Source: an uncultured Acidimicrobiaceae bacterium
Lineage (GTDB): Bacteria > Actinomycetota > Acidimicrobiia > Spongiisociales > UBA5794
Assembly: GCA_964383515.1 (NCBI GenBank)
Contig: CAYLIR010000001.1
Location: forward strand, 1-29,460
Reading direction: 5' to 3'
DNA length: 29,460 nt
Of this stretch, positions 18,317 to 26,582 are shown piece after piece. The notes under the pieces were generated by a model. It was not told where the DNA came from and did no database searches. It worked only from the letters and a program-made list of their open reading frames with translations. Made by a program: the position numbers and the translations under genes. Positions within the stretch are counted from its first letter, which is position 1; the number at the start of each line of letters is the position of its first letter.

Positions 18317-19120
18317 ATGGAGGTGCTGTCCGTGTGCGTCGGTGTCAGCTCGCGAGGGGGCGAATCCAGGCGGAAGGCCACGAGGTCGCTTCTCATCGTT
18401 CTCCTCGTCGTTGGTTTCACCCTGGGTGGCGCCGCGTGTAGCACATCCTCTCCCACACCAGGAGGAACGCTGCCATCGAGTGTGTCTACGGTTGCAGGAA
18501 CGAGCTCGACCCTGGCTCCGCCAGATACGACGGAGCCAGTTGCCGAACCTTCAACGACAGGCCCTTCGACAAGCACGCTGGACGCCGCGGAAACATCGGC
18601 GGTCGGCTGTGCTGGCGCTGACTATCCCGATTGGGAAACGTCGGCATATGTCTTGCCCTTCCCCGTGGGCAAGACCTACCCCGTTGACCTGAGCAACTGT
18701 TCCAGCTCCTACCATTCAACGGGATCCCCGGATCAGTTCGCCGTCGATTTTGCAATGGATGAAGGCACACTCATCACCGCTGCTCGGGATGGTGTTGTTG
18801 TGTTCGTAGAAGAGCGTGGCAAAGGGGGCGAGATCAACAACCTGGTTGTCGTTTCCCACGGAGACGGCACCTACGCGGAGTACATGCATCTTGTCCTAGG
18901 TGGTGCCCTCGTGAGCGCCGGTGACAAGGTCGAGCAGGGGGACGAGATCGGGTTGAGTGGTGCCACCGGGTTGGCTGGCTATCCGCATCTGCATTTCGTC
19001 GTTGCGAAGGATTCGTGGCAATGGCCCTACGAAGGGGTCCCGGTCACGTTCAGCAACACGGCGCCCAACCCCCACGGCCTTGCCTCCTATACCGAGTACA
19101 CGGCACTTGACTACCCGTAG
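18317..19120 (+). CDS. M23 family metallopeptidase, probable lipoprotein
   Basis: Lipobox-like GAAC, Ser/Thr/Pro linker, AVDF, AARDGVV, YMHL, IGLSGATG and PHLHF (HxH). Start codon uncertain. Confidence 0.85.
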   Translation: MEVLSVCVGVSSRGGESRRKATRSLLIVLLVVGFTLGGAACSTSSPTPGGTLPSSVSTVAGTSSTLAPPDTTEPVAEPSTTGPSTSTLDAAETSAVGCAGADYPDWETSAYVLPFPVGKTYPVDLSNCSSSYHSTGSPDQFAVDFAMDEGTLITAARDGVVVFVEERGKGGEINNLVVVSHGDGTYAEYMHLVLGGALVSAGDKVEQGDEIGLSGATGLAGYPHLHFVVAKDSWQWPYEGVPVTFSNTAPNPHGLASYTEYTALDYP

Positions 19121-19206
19121 AGCTACACCCTGTAGATGGGTGCCGCGAACGAACAAGGCCGCATACGAGGATTCCAAGGCCGTGGCTCTGGCTGCGAAAT
19201 GAGCAC

Positions 19207-19229
19207 AGCCCCTTGCGTTGCAAGGGGCT
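19207..19229. terminator. Perfect 10-bp hairpin between convergent M23 gene and tRNA-Ile
   Basis: AGCCCCTTGC-GTT-GCAAGGGGCT, starting 5 nt past the tRNA CCA end. The U-tract is weak. Confidence 0.7.
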
Positions 19230-19233
19230 TCGG

Positions 19234-19311
19234 TGGTGGGCCTACCTGGATTTGAACCAGGGACCTCATCCTTATCAGGGATGCGCTCTAACCAGGCTGA
19301 GCTACAGGCCC
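19234..19311 (-). tRNA. tRNA-Ile(GAU)
   Basis: GGGCCTGTAGCTCAGCCTGGTTAGAGCG CATCC-CT-GAT-AA-GGATG AGGTCCCTGGTTCAAATCCAGGTAGGCCCACCA: full cloverleaf with encoded CCA. Confidence 0.97.
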
Positions 19312-19343
19312 ATGCGGAATGCGCAGGTTACCAACGTGGGCTG

Positions 19344-20690
19344 TCAATCGGCAGGGGCATCGGCGCTCTGATCGATGCGGTCCCGGTACCAGTATCCGGA
19401 GTCCTTGATCGTCCTTGCTTGTGTGGAGTGGTCGACGTGCACGAGCCCGAATCGTTGGGCGAAGCCGCTCACCCACTCGAGGTTGTCGAGGAAGCTCCAT
19501 ACGAAGTAGCCGTCTACGGGGATCCCTTCCTGTCGGAGAGACTCGACTTGTGCGATGTGGCTGTCGAGATAGTCGATGCGTCGCGTGTCGTGAACACGGC
19601 CGTCGGGCGATGGCCCATCGGAGAACGATGCCCCGTTCTCGGTGACAACGATCGACGGCGGCTTCCATTCGGTATGGACCCTGCGAAGGAACGCGCCAAG
19701 CGCGTCGGGGTCGATCCTCCAACCCATCTCGGTGTAACCGGGCACAGCAGGAGCACCGACAGGCCCCTCGGTGGCCTCGCGTTCCGCGACGGTCGAATCG
19801 ATCAGGAGCGACGTGTAGTAGTTGATGCCACAGAAGTCGACGGGCGCAGCGATCATGTCGGTGTCTCCTGGGAGTATCAATCCTTCTGGCATCGTGCCCG
19901 ACTCGGTATAGGCGGCAACCATGTCTTGTGGATACCCCTTGCCGAAGACGGGGTCGAAGAACCAGCGGTTGCGGAAGCCGTCGAAGTGCCTCGTTGCCGC
20001 GATGTCGGCTGCGCTGTCACTCGCTGGCAGCGCAGGACGGCAGTCCAAGGCGATACCGATCTGTGCGTTCGGGACAGCGTCGCGCAGGATGCGCGTCGCC
20101 GCTCCATGGGCAAGGAGTTGGTGGTGCGCTGCCCTGAGTGCTGTAGCGAAGTCCTGTTCGCCAGGAGCGAAGATGCCGTCGCGGTATCCCAGGAACGAAG
20201 CGACCCAGGGTTCGTTGATGGTGATCCAGTTGTTGACCCGGTCGCCAAAGCGATCGGCCATGAGTTCCGTGTACTCGGCGAACCAGTGCACGGACTCTCT
20301 GACAGGCCATCCACCTGATTCGTGGAGTATCTGGGGCAGGTCCCAGTGGTACAGGGTCAGCCACGGTGTGATGCCTCGTGCGAGGAGACCGTCGACCAGC
20401 CTGTCGTAGAAGGCGAGTCCTGCTGGGTTCGGCTTGCCGATGCCTTCGGGAAGGACGCGGGCCCAAGCTGTAGAGAAACGGTACGCGTCGACGCCGAGGT
20501 CCGCCAGGAGGTCGAGGTCGGTGTCGAGACGGTGGTAGTGGTCACAGGCGACATCGCCGTTGGGCGTCGTTTGACGCTCATGGAAGAACCTGTCCCAGAT
20601 CGACTCGCCTTTGCCTTCGCTACACCATGCACCCTCGATCTGATACGCCGATGTGCCTACGCCCCAGGTGAATCGCTCAACGTGTCCCAT
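19344..20690 (-). CDS. Beta-glucosidase, glycoside hydrolase family 1
   Basis: FTWGVGTSAYQIEG, ACDHYHR, YRFSTAW, TLYHWDLP, TINEP (acid/base), TENG (nucleophile) and WSFLDNLEW. Confidence 0.96.
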   Translation of the reverse strand: MGHVERFTWGVGTSAYQIEGAWCSEGKGESIWDRFFHERQTTPNGDVACDHYHRLDTDLDLLADLGVDAYRFSTAWARVLPEGIGKPNPAGLAFYDRLVDGLLARGITPWLTLYHWDLPQILHESGGWPVRESVHWFAEYTELMADRFGDRVNNWITINEPWVASFLGYRDGIFAPGEQDFATALRAAHHQLLAHGAATRILRDAVPNAQIGIALDCRPALPASDSAADIAATRHFDGFRNRWFFDPVFGKGYPQDMVAAYTESGTMPEGLILPGDTDMIAAPVDFCGINYYTSLLIDSTVAEREATEGPVGAPAVPGYTEMGWRIDPDALGAFLRRVHTEWKPPSIVVTENGASFSDGPSPDGRVHDTRRIDYLDSHIAQVESLRQEGIPVDGYFVWSFLDNLEWVSGFAQRFGLVHVDHSTQARTIKDSGYWYRDRIDQSADAPAD

Positions 20691-20793
20691 GGTGGGGAGA
20701 GTACCGGTGTCCTTCGCCGGTCTTTGGACGAGACCACGATTGGCCGTTCTGGTAGTGTGCCTGAGAACCGAGGTATCGCCGCATGGTTGGAAC

Positions 20794-21966
20794 GTGAACG
20801 TGTCAGATGCGAGCGTTGTTCAACGCGCAGGCACGGTTCATCCACCCGATGCCCTGACCGACTCCCTCGAACGGTCGATGCGCAGCCTCGTCATGATCAT
20901 GCGAGGCCTCGGGTGGTTCTGGATGCTCCTTCTCGTGGTCGCCACCTTGATGACAGACAGTGGTGCTCATCGGGGTATCACCATCGGAGCTATGGCTCTG
21001 GCGACCGTCTGGACCGCTGTCACCTGGTGGGCCTACCAGGAGCGGTCGCGGCTCGGCTCGGTTTGGTTCATGGTGGCAGACGGGGTCGTATGCCTTCTCG
21101 TTGCTGGAGCGTCGTACGCAGCGAACGCAGGAGACCTGTTCCATGGCGGCTATCCGATCTCGTGGATAGCGGTGCTCGCCTATGGGGGCGGGTTGCGGTG
21201 GGCGCTTGCTGGCTCGCTGTTGCTCGCTGGCCAGCAGGCTGCGCTGCTGCTCGATAGTGGCCGTAGCATGGTATCTGCCATTGGCAGCATCGTGTTCCTG
21301 ATCTACGCGCTCATCCTTGGCTGGCTGTTCACCGTCATCCGCACCTCTGACAGGGATCGTAGACAGACCGTTGCCCAGTTGATGGTGGAACGGGAGGAGA
21401 ACGCACGGCGGCTCGAGCGGCTCGAACTGGCGAACAGGCTCCACGATTCTGCCCTCCAGACGCTCCAAGTCATAGATACCGACGCCGACGACCCAGACAG
21501 AGTGCGATCCCTCGCGCGACGCCAGGCCAGAGATCTGCGCAACCTCGTCGAGCGGTACGCAGACGACCAGTGTGCTTCGTTCAACGAGTGCCTCAGCAAC
21601 GCGATCGGCATGGTCGAAGAGCTCTTCACGGTGAAGATCAGTGCTGTTGTGAGAATCGACAGCCCGATGACTGCGGCGCTCCATGCGCTCGTTGCATCTG
21701 CTCGGGAAGCGATGACGAACGCAGCCAAGTATGCCGGAACAGAGCAGATCGACGTGTACGCCGCCGTTGAGGAAGGGAGCGCAACGGTGTACGTTCGCGA
21801 CGATGGCGACGGGTTCGCTATCGATGATGCAATACTCGGCCATGGAATCGAGCGGTCGATCCGATCGAGGATCGCTGCTGTGGGAGGCACCGCAGAGATC
21901 CTCTCTGCTCCTGGCAGCGGCACAGAGGTCATCTTGAAGATCGCCGTCGAGGAGCGTTCCCCATGA
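20794..21966 (+). CDS. Membrane sensor histidine kinase (HisKA_3/NarX-type H-box)
   Basis: About 5-6 TM segments, H-box LHDSALQTL, EAMTNAAKYAG, VRDDGDGF and SAPGSGT. Start uncertain (GTG 20794 or 20800). Confidence 0.9.
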   Translation: MNVSDASVVQRAGTVHPPDALTDSLERSMRSLVMIMRGLGWFWMLLLVVATLMTDSGAHRGITIGAMALATVWTAVTWWAYQERSRLGSVWFMVADGVVCLLVAGASYAANAGDLFHGGYPISWIAVLAYGGGLRWALAGSLLLAGQQAALLLDSGRSMVSAIGSIVFLIYALILGWLFTVIRTSDRDRRQTVAQLMVEREENARRLERLELANRLHDSALQTLQVIDTDADDPDRVRSLARRQARDLRNLVERYADDQCASFNECLSNAIGMVEELFTVKISAVVRIDSPMTAALHALVASAREAMTNAAKYAGTEQIDVYAAVEEGSATVYVRDDGDGFAIDDAILGHGIERSIRSRIAAVGGTAEILSAPGSGTEVILKIAVEERSP

Positions 21967-22607
21967 CAACATCGCCACGGCTCGTACTCGTCGATGACCA
22001 CGACATCCTTCGTGCAGGCGCAGCGAAGTTCCTTGGTGACTGTTTCAGCATCGTCGGTGAGGCCAGCGACATCGCTGAAGCGATCGAGGTCATCACGTCG
22101 GTCGAGCCAGACGGCGTGCTCCTGGACGTACGGTTGCCGTCGGGCACCGGCGATGCAGTCGTGACCGCTGTCAAGGAGGCAGGTTCGAAAGCCCGATTCC
22201 TCGTGCTCTCCGTCTCTGCGAAGCGGGCTGATGTTGTGAGGATGCTGCACGCCGGTGTCGACGGATATCTGCTCAAGAGCACGCTCGGCGACCAACTTTG
22301 CGGCCTTGTCACCGAGATGCTCGAGGGTGGACGTCCCATCTCACCCCAGATCGCCGGCTTCATGCTTGATATCGATGAGGCGGCAGAGACCGCTCCCGGC
22401 ATCGAGAACCTCACACCTCGAGAGCGCGAGGTTGTTCAGTACATTGCGCGGGGCTTCTCGTACAAGAGGGCAGCGGAGGCACTGTTCGTATCGGTCAAGA
22501 CGGTGGAGACCCACATGGGCCACATCTTCCACAAGCTCGGAGTTGCGAGTCGGTACGAGCTCGCCATGCGCGCGTTCGAGTCGGGGTTCCTCACCGAAGA
22601 GACATGA
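21963..22607 (+). CDS. NarL/LuxR family response regulator
   Basis: LVDDH, LLDVRLP (phospho-Asp), GYLLK and LTPREREV...VSVKTVETH HTH. ATGA overlap with the kinase. Confidence 0.95.
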   Translation: MTTSPRLVLVDDHDILRAGAAKFLGDCFSIVGEASDIAEAIEVITSVEPDGVLLDVRLPSGTGDAVVTAVKEAGSKARFLVLSVSAKRADVVRMLHAGVDGYLLKSTLGDQLCGLVTEMLEGGRPISPQIAGFMLDIDEAAETAPGIENLTPREREVVQYIARGFSYKRAAEALFVSVKTVETHMGHIFHKLGVASRYELAMRAFESGFLTEET

Positions 22608-22704
22608 GGCACGGCGACGGCAGCTTGGACAGGGGCGGCGCCGCAGTGTGATTTCAGGGATATCCCCTATGGCGCCGTCGCCTCAGATGGTCCACAATCA
22701 CGTT

Positions 22705-22836
22705 GGAGCTTGACGGGTCCGGCCTGTGACCGAACTTTCAGCCGACAGCTTGGAGCAAGGGAGGATCCTAGCTGGCTCGGTAGGGCGGGCGGCATCAGTA
22801 TTGGTTACAGGCCATCAGGGGGACCCGGCAAGCTCC
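22705..22836 (+). ncRNA. Candidate rod-shaped ncRNA (6S-like architecture)
   Basis: GGAGCTTG-A-CGGGTCC pairs GGACCCG-G-CAAGCTCC. GGCCTGTGACC pairs GGTTACAGGCC. An asymmetric central bubble is followed by apical GCCGA-CAGCT-T-GGA / TCC-T-AGCTG-GC-TCGGT. CACAAT lies 6 nt upstream and TCTTCTT downstream. Confidence 0.5.
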
Positions 22837-23168
22837 TCTTCTTGTGTTCGAGATCGGTACGTGGGGCAGGGCACACCATGGCAAGGATCCCGGGCAGCGT
22901 CCGCTACGACGGTGAGCCCCCATTCGGATACAAGCCGCGGCCTCAGGCGATGCTGAGAACCACAGGGTCAGTGCGGGCTGTTGGCGCACAGCTGCCAAGA
23001 CCAACACCTTGGTTGTGCTGTTGTCGCGATGGCGCCTGATCCCTCCGTGTGCCCCGCTTGGGCACTGCGACGCGTGAACGCCGGCGTGTGGTCTCGCAAG
23101 AAAGTGGGCCGTGTGCGGTCGACGGCTGGCTACTCTGCCATACACACCCACAGTTGAGAGGCTCGTCA

Positions 23169-23630
23169 ATGACCCAATGGATCGTCGTATTACATGTGAT
23201 GGCTGGCGCCGCCTGGTTCGGAGGCCAGGTATATGTGGAGGGCCTGATGGCCTCAGCTGCACGCACGGAGGACGCAGGAGCGACGTTCGCTATCGCGCGG
23301 GCTGTGGGAAAGACCAGTGTCAGGGTGTTCTCCGTCTCTGGGCTCGTGCTCCTCATCTCCGGTGTGTTGATCGTTCTCGATTCGTCGACGCAGTACCGCT
23401 TCGAGGACCTGTTCGTCTCTATCGGGTTCCTGGTTGTGCTCATCGGCCTCGGTGTCGCCCTGTTCTACTTCAAGCCAAAGGGTGGTGAACTCAGGGCCGT
23501 GGTCCACGAGCAGGGCCCGGCAAGCTCGGATGCTGCTGCGTTGTTGAAGCAGGTCTCGATGGTGAGCCATATCATGACGCTTCTCGTGGCCATCGCTCTC
23601 GTGGTCATGGTCCTCAAGACAGTCGTCTAG
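23169..23630 (+). CDS. DUF2269/CopD-like four-TM membrane protein
   Basis: LHVMAGAAWFGG, four hydrophobic helices and C-terminal LVVMVLK. SD GAGAGG precedes ATG 23169. Confidence 0.7.
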   Translation: MTQWIVVLHVMAGAAWFGGQVYVEGLMASAARTEDAGATFAIARAVGKTSVRVFSVSGLVLLISGVLIVLDSSTQYRFEDLFVSIGFLVVLIGLGVALFYFKPKGGELRAVVHEQGPASSDAAALLKQVSMVSHIMTLLVAIALVVMVLKTVV

Positions 23631-23722
23631 CCGGGCAACGTGCTAGTGGCCGGGAGCACACGGCGGCAGCCGATCGGTCGCTGTGAGCTGTCGGCGCCAT
23701 CGCGATACACTCCCCCACCTAT

Positions 23723-23795
23723 GGGGACGTAGCTCAGTTGGGAGAGCACCTGGTTTGCAACCAGGGGGTCGTCGGTTCGAGTCCGATCGTCTCCA
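23723..23795 (+). tRNA. tRNA-Ala(UGC)
   Basis: GGGGACGTAGCTCAGTTGGGAGAGCA CCTGG-TT-TGC-AA-CCAGG GGGTCGTCGGTTCGAGTCCGATCGTCTCCA. CCA not encoded; TACACT -10 box at 23706-23711. Confidence 0.97.
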
Positions 23796-23816
23796 CTACC
23801 GACAAAGGAAGCCATC

Positions 23817-24974
23817 GTGCCTGAGGCCGTCATCGTCGACGCTGTTCGAACACCTCTCGGAAAGCGCAACGGTGCCTTGTCTGACTGGCATCCAGCCGAC
23901 CTCGCTGCTGAGACGCTCAGAGCCCTTGCTGAACGGAACAGTCTCGACCCGGCGCTCGTAGACGACGTCATCATGGGGTGCGTCTCCCAGGTCGGAGACC
24001 AGACATGGAACATCGGGCGCAATGCCGTTCTGGGTGCCGGATGGCCCGAATCTGTTCCCGGCGTGACGATAGACAGGCAGTGCGGCTCGTCCCAGCAGAG
24101 CGTCCACTTCGCTGCCCAAGGTGTCATCGCTGGTGCCTATGACATCGCCGTGGCGGCAGGTGTGGAGTCGATGACACGGGTTCCGATGGGGTCTTCTGCA
24201 CATGGAGGCAAACCCTTCGGAGAACGCATGCGATCCCGATACCACCACCAGCTCATCCCACAGGGGTTGTCTGCCGAGATGATCGCTGAGCGGTGGCAGA
24301 TCAGCAGAGAAGAACTGGACGGGTATGCGTTCGACTCCCAGGCTCGAGCGCTCGCTGCCTCCGAGGAGGGGCGCTTCGACAACGAGATCATTCCCATCGA
24401 GATCAAGCACGAAGGCATCGCCACGACGCTGACACGCGACGAGGGAATCCGGCCTTCGACAACCAGGGAAGGGCTCGCGTCGCTCAAGCCGGCATTCAAG
24501 GACGATGGCGTTGTCACCGCAGGCAACTCTTCCCAGATCACTGACGGTGCCACAGCGATGCTCATCATGTCAAAGCGCAAGGCCGACGAACTCGGCCTGA
24601 GAGCAAGGGCGAAGTTCCGGTCGTTCGCTGTTGTCGGTACCGATCCGATCTCGATGCTGACCGGTCCGATACCCGCCACAGCCAAGGCGCTGGACAAGGC
24701 CGGTATGACGATCGACGACATCGACCTTTTCGAGGTGAACGAAGCGTTCGCGTCTGTCGTTGGGGCATGGCTGCGCGAGACGGGTGCTGACTGGAGCAAG
24801 GTCAATGTCAACGGCGGTGCGATCGCTCTTGGCCATCCGCTTGGTGCCTCCGGAGCACGCCTCATGACGACGCTGCTCAACGAACTCGAGCGATCCGGTG
24901 GACGCTACGGGCTCCAGACGATGTGTGAAGGTGGGGGATTGGCCAACGGGACGATCATCGAGATCCTTCGGTGA
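23817..24974 (+). CDS. Acetyl-CoA C-acyltransferase (thiolase)
   Basis: DAVRTP.GK, DRQCGSS (catalytic Cys), GNSSQITDGA, NEAFA, GHPLGASG and MCEGGG. SD AAAGGAAG precedes GTG. Confidence 0.96.
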   Translation: MPEAVIVDAVRTPLGKRNGALSDWHPADLAAETLRALAERNSLDPALVDDVIMGCVSQVGDQTWNIGRNAVLGAGWPESVPGVTIDRQCGSSQQSVHFAAQGVIAGAYDIAVAAGVESMTRVPMGSSAHGGKPFGERMRSRYHHQLIPQGLSAEMIAERWQISREELDGYAFDSQARALAASEEGRFDNEIIPIEIKHEGIATTLTRDEGIRPSTTREGLASLKPAFKDDGVVTAGNSSQITDGATAMLIMSKRKADELGLRARAKFRSFAVVGTDPISMLTGPIPATAKALDKAGMTIDDIDLFEVNEAFASVVGAWLRETGADWSKVNVNGGAIALGHPLGASGARLMTTLLNELERSGGRYGLQTMCEGGGLANGTIIEILR

Positions 24975-25201
24975 CGATCTTCCTCGCAGCGGTTGTCGGA
25001 ATCACAATCGTCGCGCTGACGCTGTGGAGCATCCGCTTCATAGCGTCAGGCCCACCACCCGAGCCAGACACGTCGGGTGTTCATGAGGTAGACATTCCGT
25101 ACCTGTGCACGGTATGCGGGCTGAGCCTGACGATCACGCAAGCTCACAGCGGTGAGATGGCTGCCCCACGGCATTGCCGCGAGGACATGATCGAGGCGTG
25201 A
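24971..25201 (+). CDS. Small membrane-anchored protein with CxxC...HC metal-binding motif
   Basis: N-terminal TM helix, then YLCTVCG...PRHCREDM. GTGA coupling to thiolase. Confidence 0.7.
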   Translation: MTIFLAAVVGITIVALTLWSIRFIASGPPPEPDTSGVHEVDIPYLCTVCGLSLTITQAHSGEMAAPRHCREDMIEA

Positions 25202-25217
25202 ACGGACGCTTGCCGGT

Positions 25218-25472
25218 CTATCGGTAGTTCATCGTCATCGCGAAACCTGCGCCGATTGCGGCAAGGCCGACGATCAGGTACTTGTTCGTCGTTCCCCCAG
25301 GAAGGATCCCGGTGTAGTTCAACAGGATGATGATGATCCCGAGCACCATGAGACCGAACATGATGGCGACGTACCAGGTCGGTGAAGGGCCTTTCTCGTC
25401 GAGCGCAGTTGGTTTGTGCGATGGTGGGGTCGGGCGCTTGTTGGCCTTCTTGCGACCCTTTGAAACTGGCAT
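25218..25472 (-). CDS. crgA: Cell division protein CrgA
   Basis: MPVSKGRKK basic N-terminus, PSPTWY..IMFGLM..G, two TMs, N..L.VG and AMTMNYR. Located divergently from the sortase. Confidence 0.9.
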   Translation of the reverse strand: MPVSKGRKKANKRPTPPSHKPTALDEKGPSPTWYVAIMFGLMVLGIIIILLNYTGILPGGTTNKYLIVGLAAIGAGFAMTMNYR

Positions 25473-25623
25473 GCCGACAGGGTAGCGCGCGGCACCAACT
25501 TCATCCTCTATTAGCGTTTCTGGTGATCGCTGCATCCCAGTCGCATCCCATGTGGTGGGGACTTCCCGCTGGCAACAGTGTTTTCCACACCGGCACGAGC
25601 CCGTTGTGGGTAACCTCACAGCG

Positions 25624-26436
25624 ATGAGTGACACAGTCCGGCACGAGGTACCTGCAACACGTGTGCCTGCTCAACGGCGCTCGGTGTTCGCGAGGATCGT
25701 ACGCGCCGTTGGCTGGGCGAGCATCAGTGTCGGCTTGTTCCTGCTGGGGTTCGTCTTCCACCAGCTGTTCATCACGACGTACTTCGCGCAGCGCGCGAAC
25801 ATAGAACTCGAAGCTGAAGCGGTCGAGCACTTCAATGACGTCGAGATCACTCAAGTTCCATATACACCTCCCAGCAACACGCCTCCCGGCGATGAGACGG
25901 CGCCTGAGCCGCAGGAACCACGCGACGTCAGGGACCCAGGGGACATCAGCGTTCCCGAAGCGGATGAGCCAGAGCCAGGTTTCATCTTCGTCGAGGGTCA
26001 ACCGAGTCGGGGCCAGGCATTCGCCATCATCAGAATCCCGAAGATAGCGAAGCTGTCTGAAGGGTGGACCGTCGTCGAGGGTGTGGCGAGGAGCCAACTC
26101 AAGACCGGTGCTGGCCACTATCCGGCGACTCCGCTCCCCGGACAACCAGGCAACGCTTCGATCGCCGGCCACAGGACGACCTATGGTGCTCCGTTCTATG
26201 ACATCGACGTGCTCGTCCCAGGCGATATCATCGAGGTGGAAACCGCTGTTGGTGTGAGCGTCTACGAGGTACGTGAGAAGGCTATCGTGAGACCGACGGA
26301 GATCTGGGTGACACAGAATCGGTTGGGGGCATGGTTGACATTGACGACGTGCAACCCCCGGTTCTCGTCGACCGAGCGCCTTGTCGTCTTCGCAGAGATG
26401 GTGTCAGGCCCGAACTACGAAACGATCTACGGCTGA
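25624..26436 (+). CDS. Sortase (class E-like)
   Basis: N-terminal TM anchor, GAGHYP.TPLPG..GN..IAGHRTTYGAPF, LTLTTCNP and R..V catalytic His/Cys/Arg. Confidence 0.93.
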   Translation: MSDTVRHEVPATRVPAQRRSVFARIVRAVGWASISVGLFLLGFVFHQLFITTYFAQRANIELEAEAVEHFNDVEITQVPYTPPSNTPPGDETAPEPQEPRDVRDPGDISVPEADEPEPGFIFVEGQPSRGQAFAIIRIPKIAKLSEGWTVVEGVARSQLKTGAGHYPATPLPGQPGNASIAGHRTTYGAPFYDIDVLVPGDIIEVETAVGVSVYEVREKAIVRPTEIWVTQNRLGAWLTLTTCNPRFSSTERLVVFAEMVSGPNYETIYG

Positions 26437-26582
26437 TGAAGCGTGCATTCCTTTCGTTGCCCGGGCCGATGGCAGTGAAGGTCGTCCTTGCGATCATCAT
26501 CGTGGTCATCGCTCTCATCGCACTCAATTCCATCTACGAGTGGATGGGGAACTATCTCGATTCGGGTGGGAACATCGGGTGA
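26436..26582 (+). CDS. 48-aa single-TM protein
   Basis: MKRAFLSLPGPMAVKVVLAIIIVVIALIALNSIYEWMGNYLDSGGNIG. The start overlaps the sortase stop (TGATG) and the stop overlaps the next GTG (GTGA). Confidence 0.7.
   Translation: MKRAFLSLPGPMAVKVVLAIIIVVIALIALNSIYEWMGNYLDSGGNIG

Noticed and set aside
21025-21041. 16/17-nt direct match (TGGTGGGCCTACC[A/T]GGA) to the tRNA-Ile 3' end at 19234-19250, suggesting an att site
   Set aside because: It lies inside the kinase CDS (encodes WWAYQE) and on the 5' side of the tRNA, the wrong side for an integrated island. No integrase is present, so it is probably coincidence.
22705-22836. SRP (4.5S) RNA or known riboswitch identity for the long hairpin
   Set aside because: It lacks the SRP domain IV motif on both strands and shows no recognisable riboswitch core.
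22878-23039. 53-aa ORF MARIPGSV...WLCCCRDGA downstream of the ncRNA candidate
   Set aside because: No recognisable motif and weak SD. Short GC-rich ORFs of this kind arise by chance.
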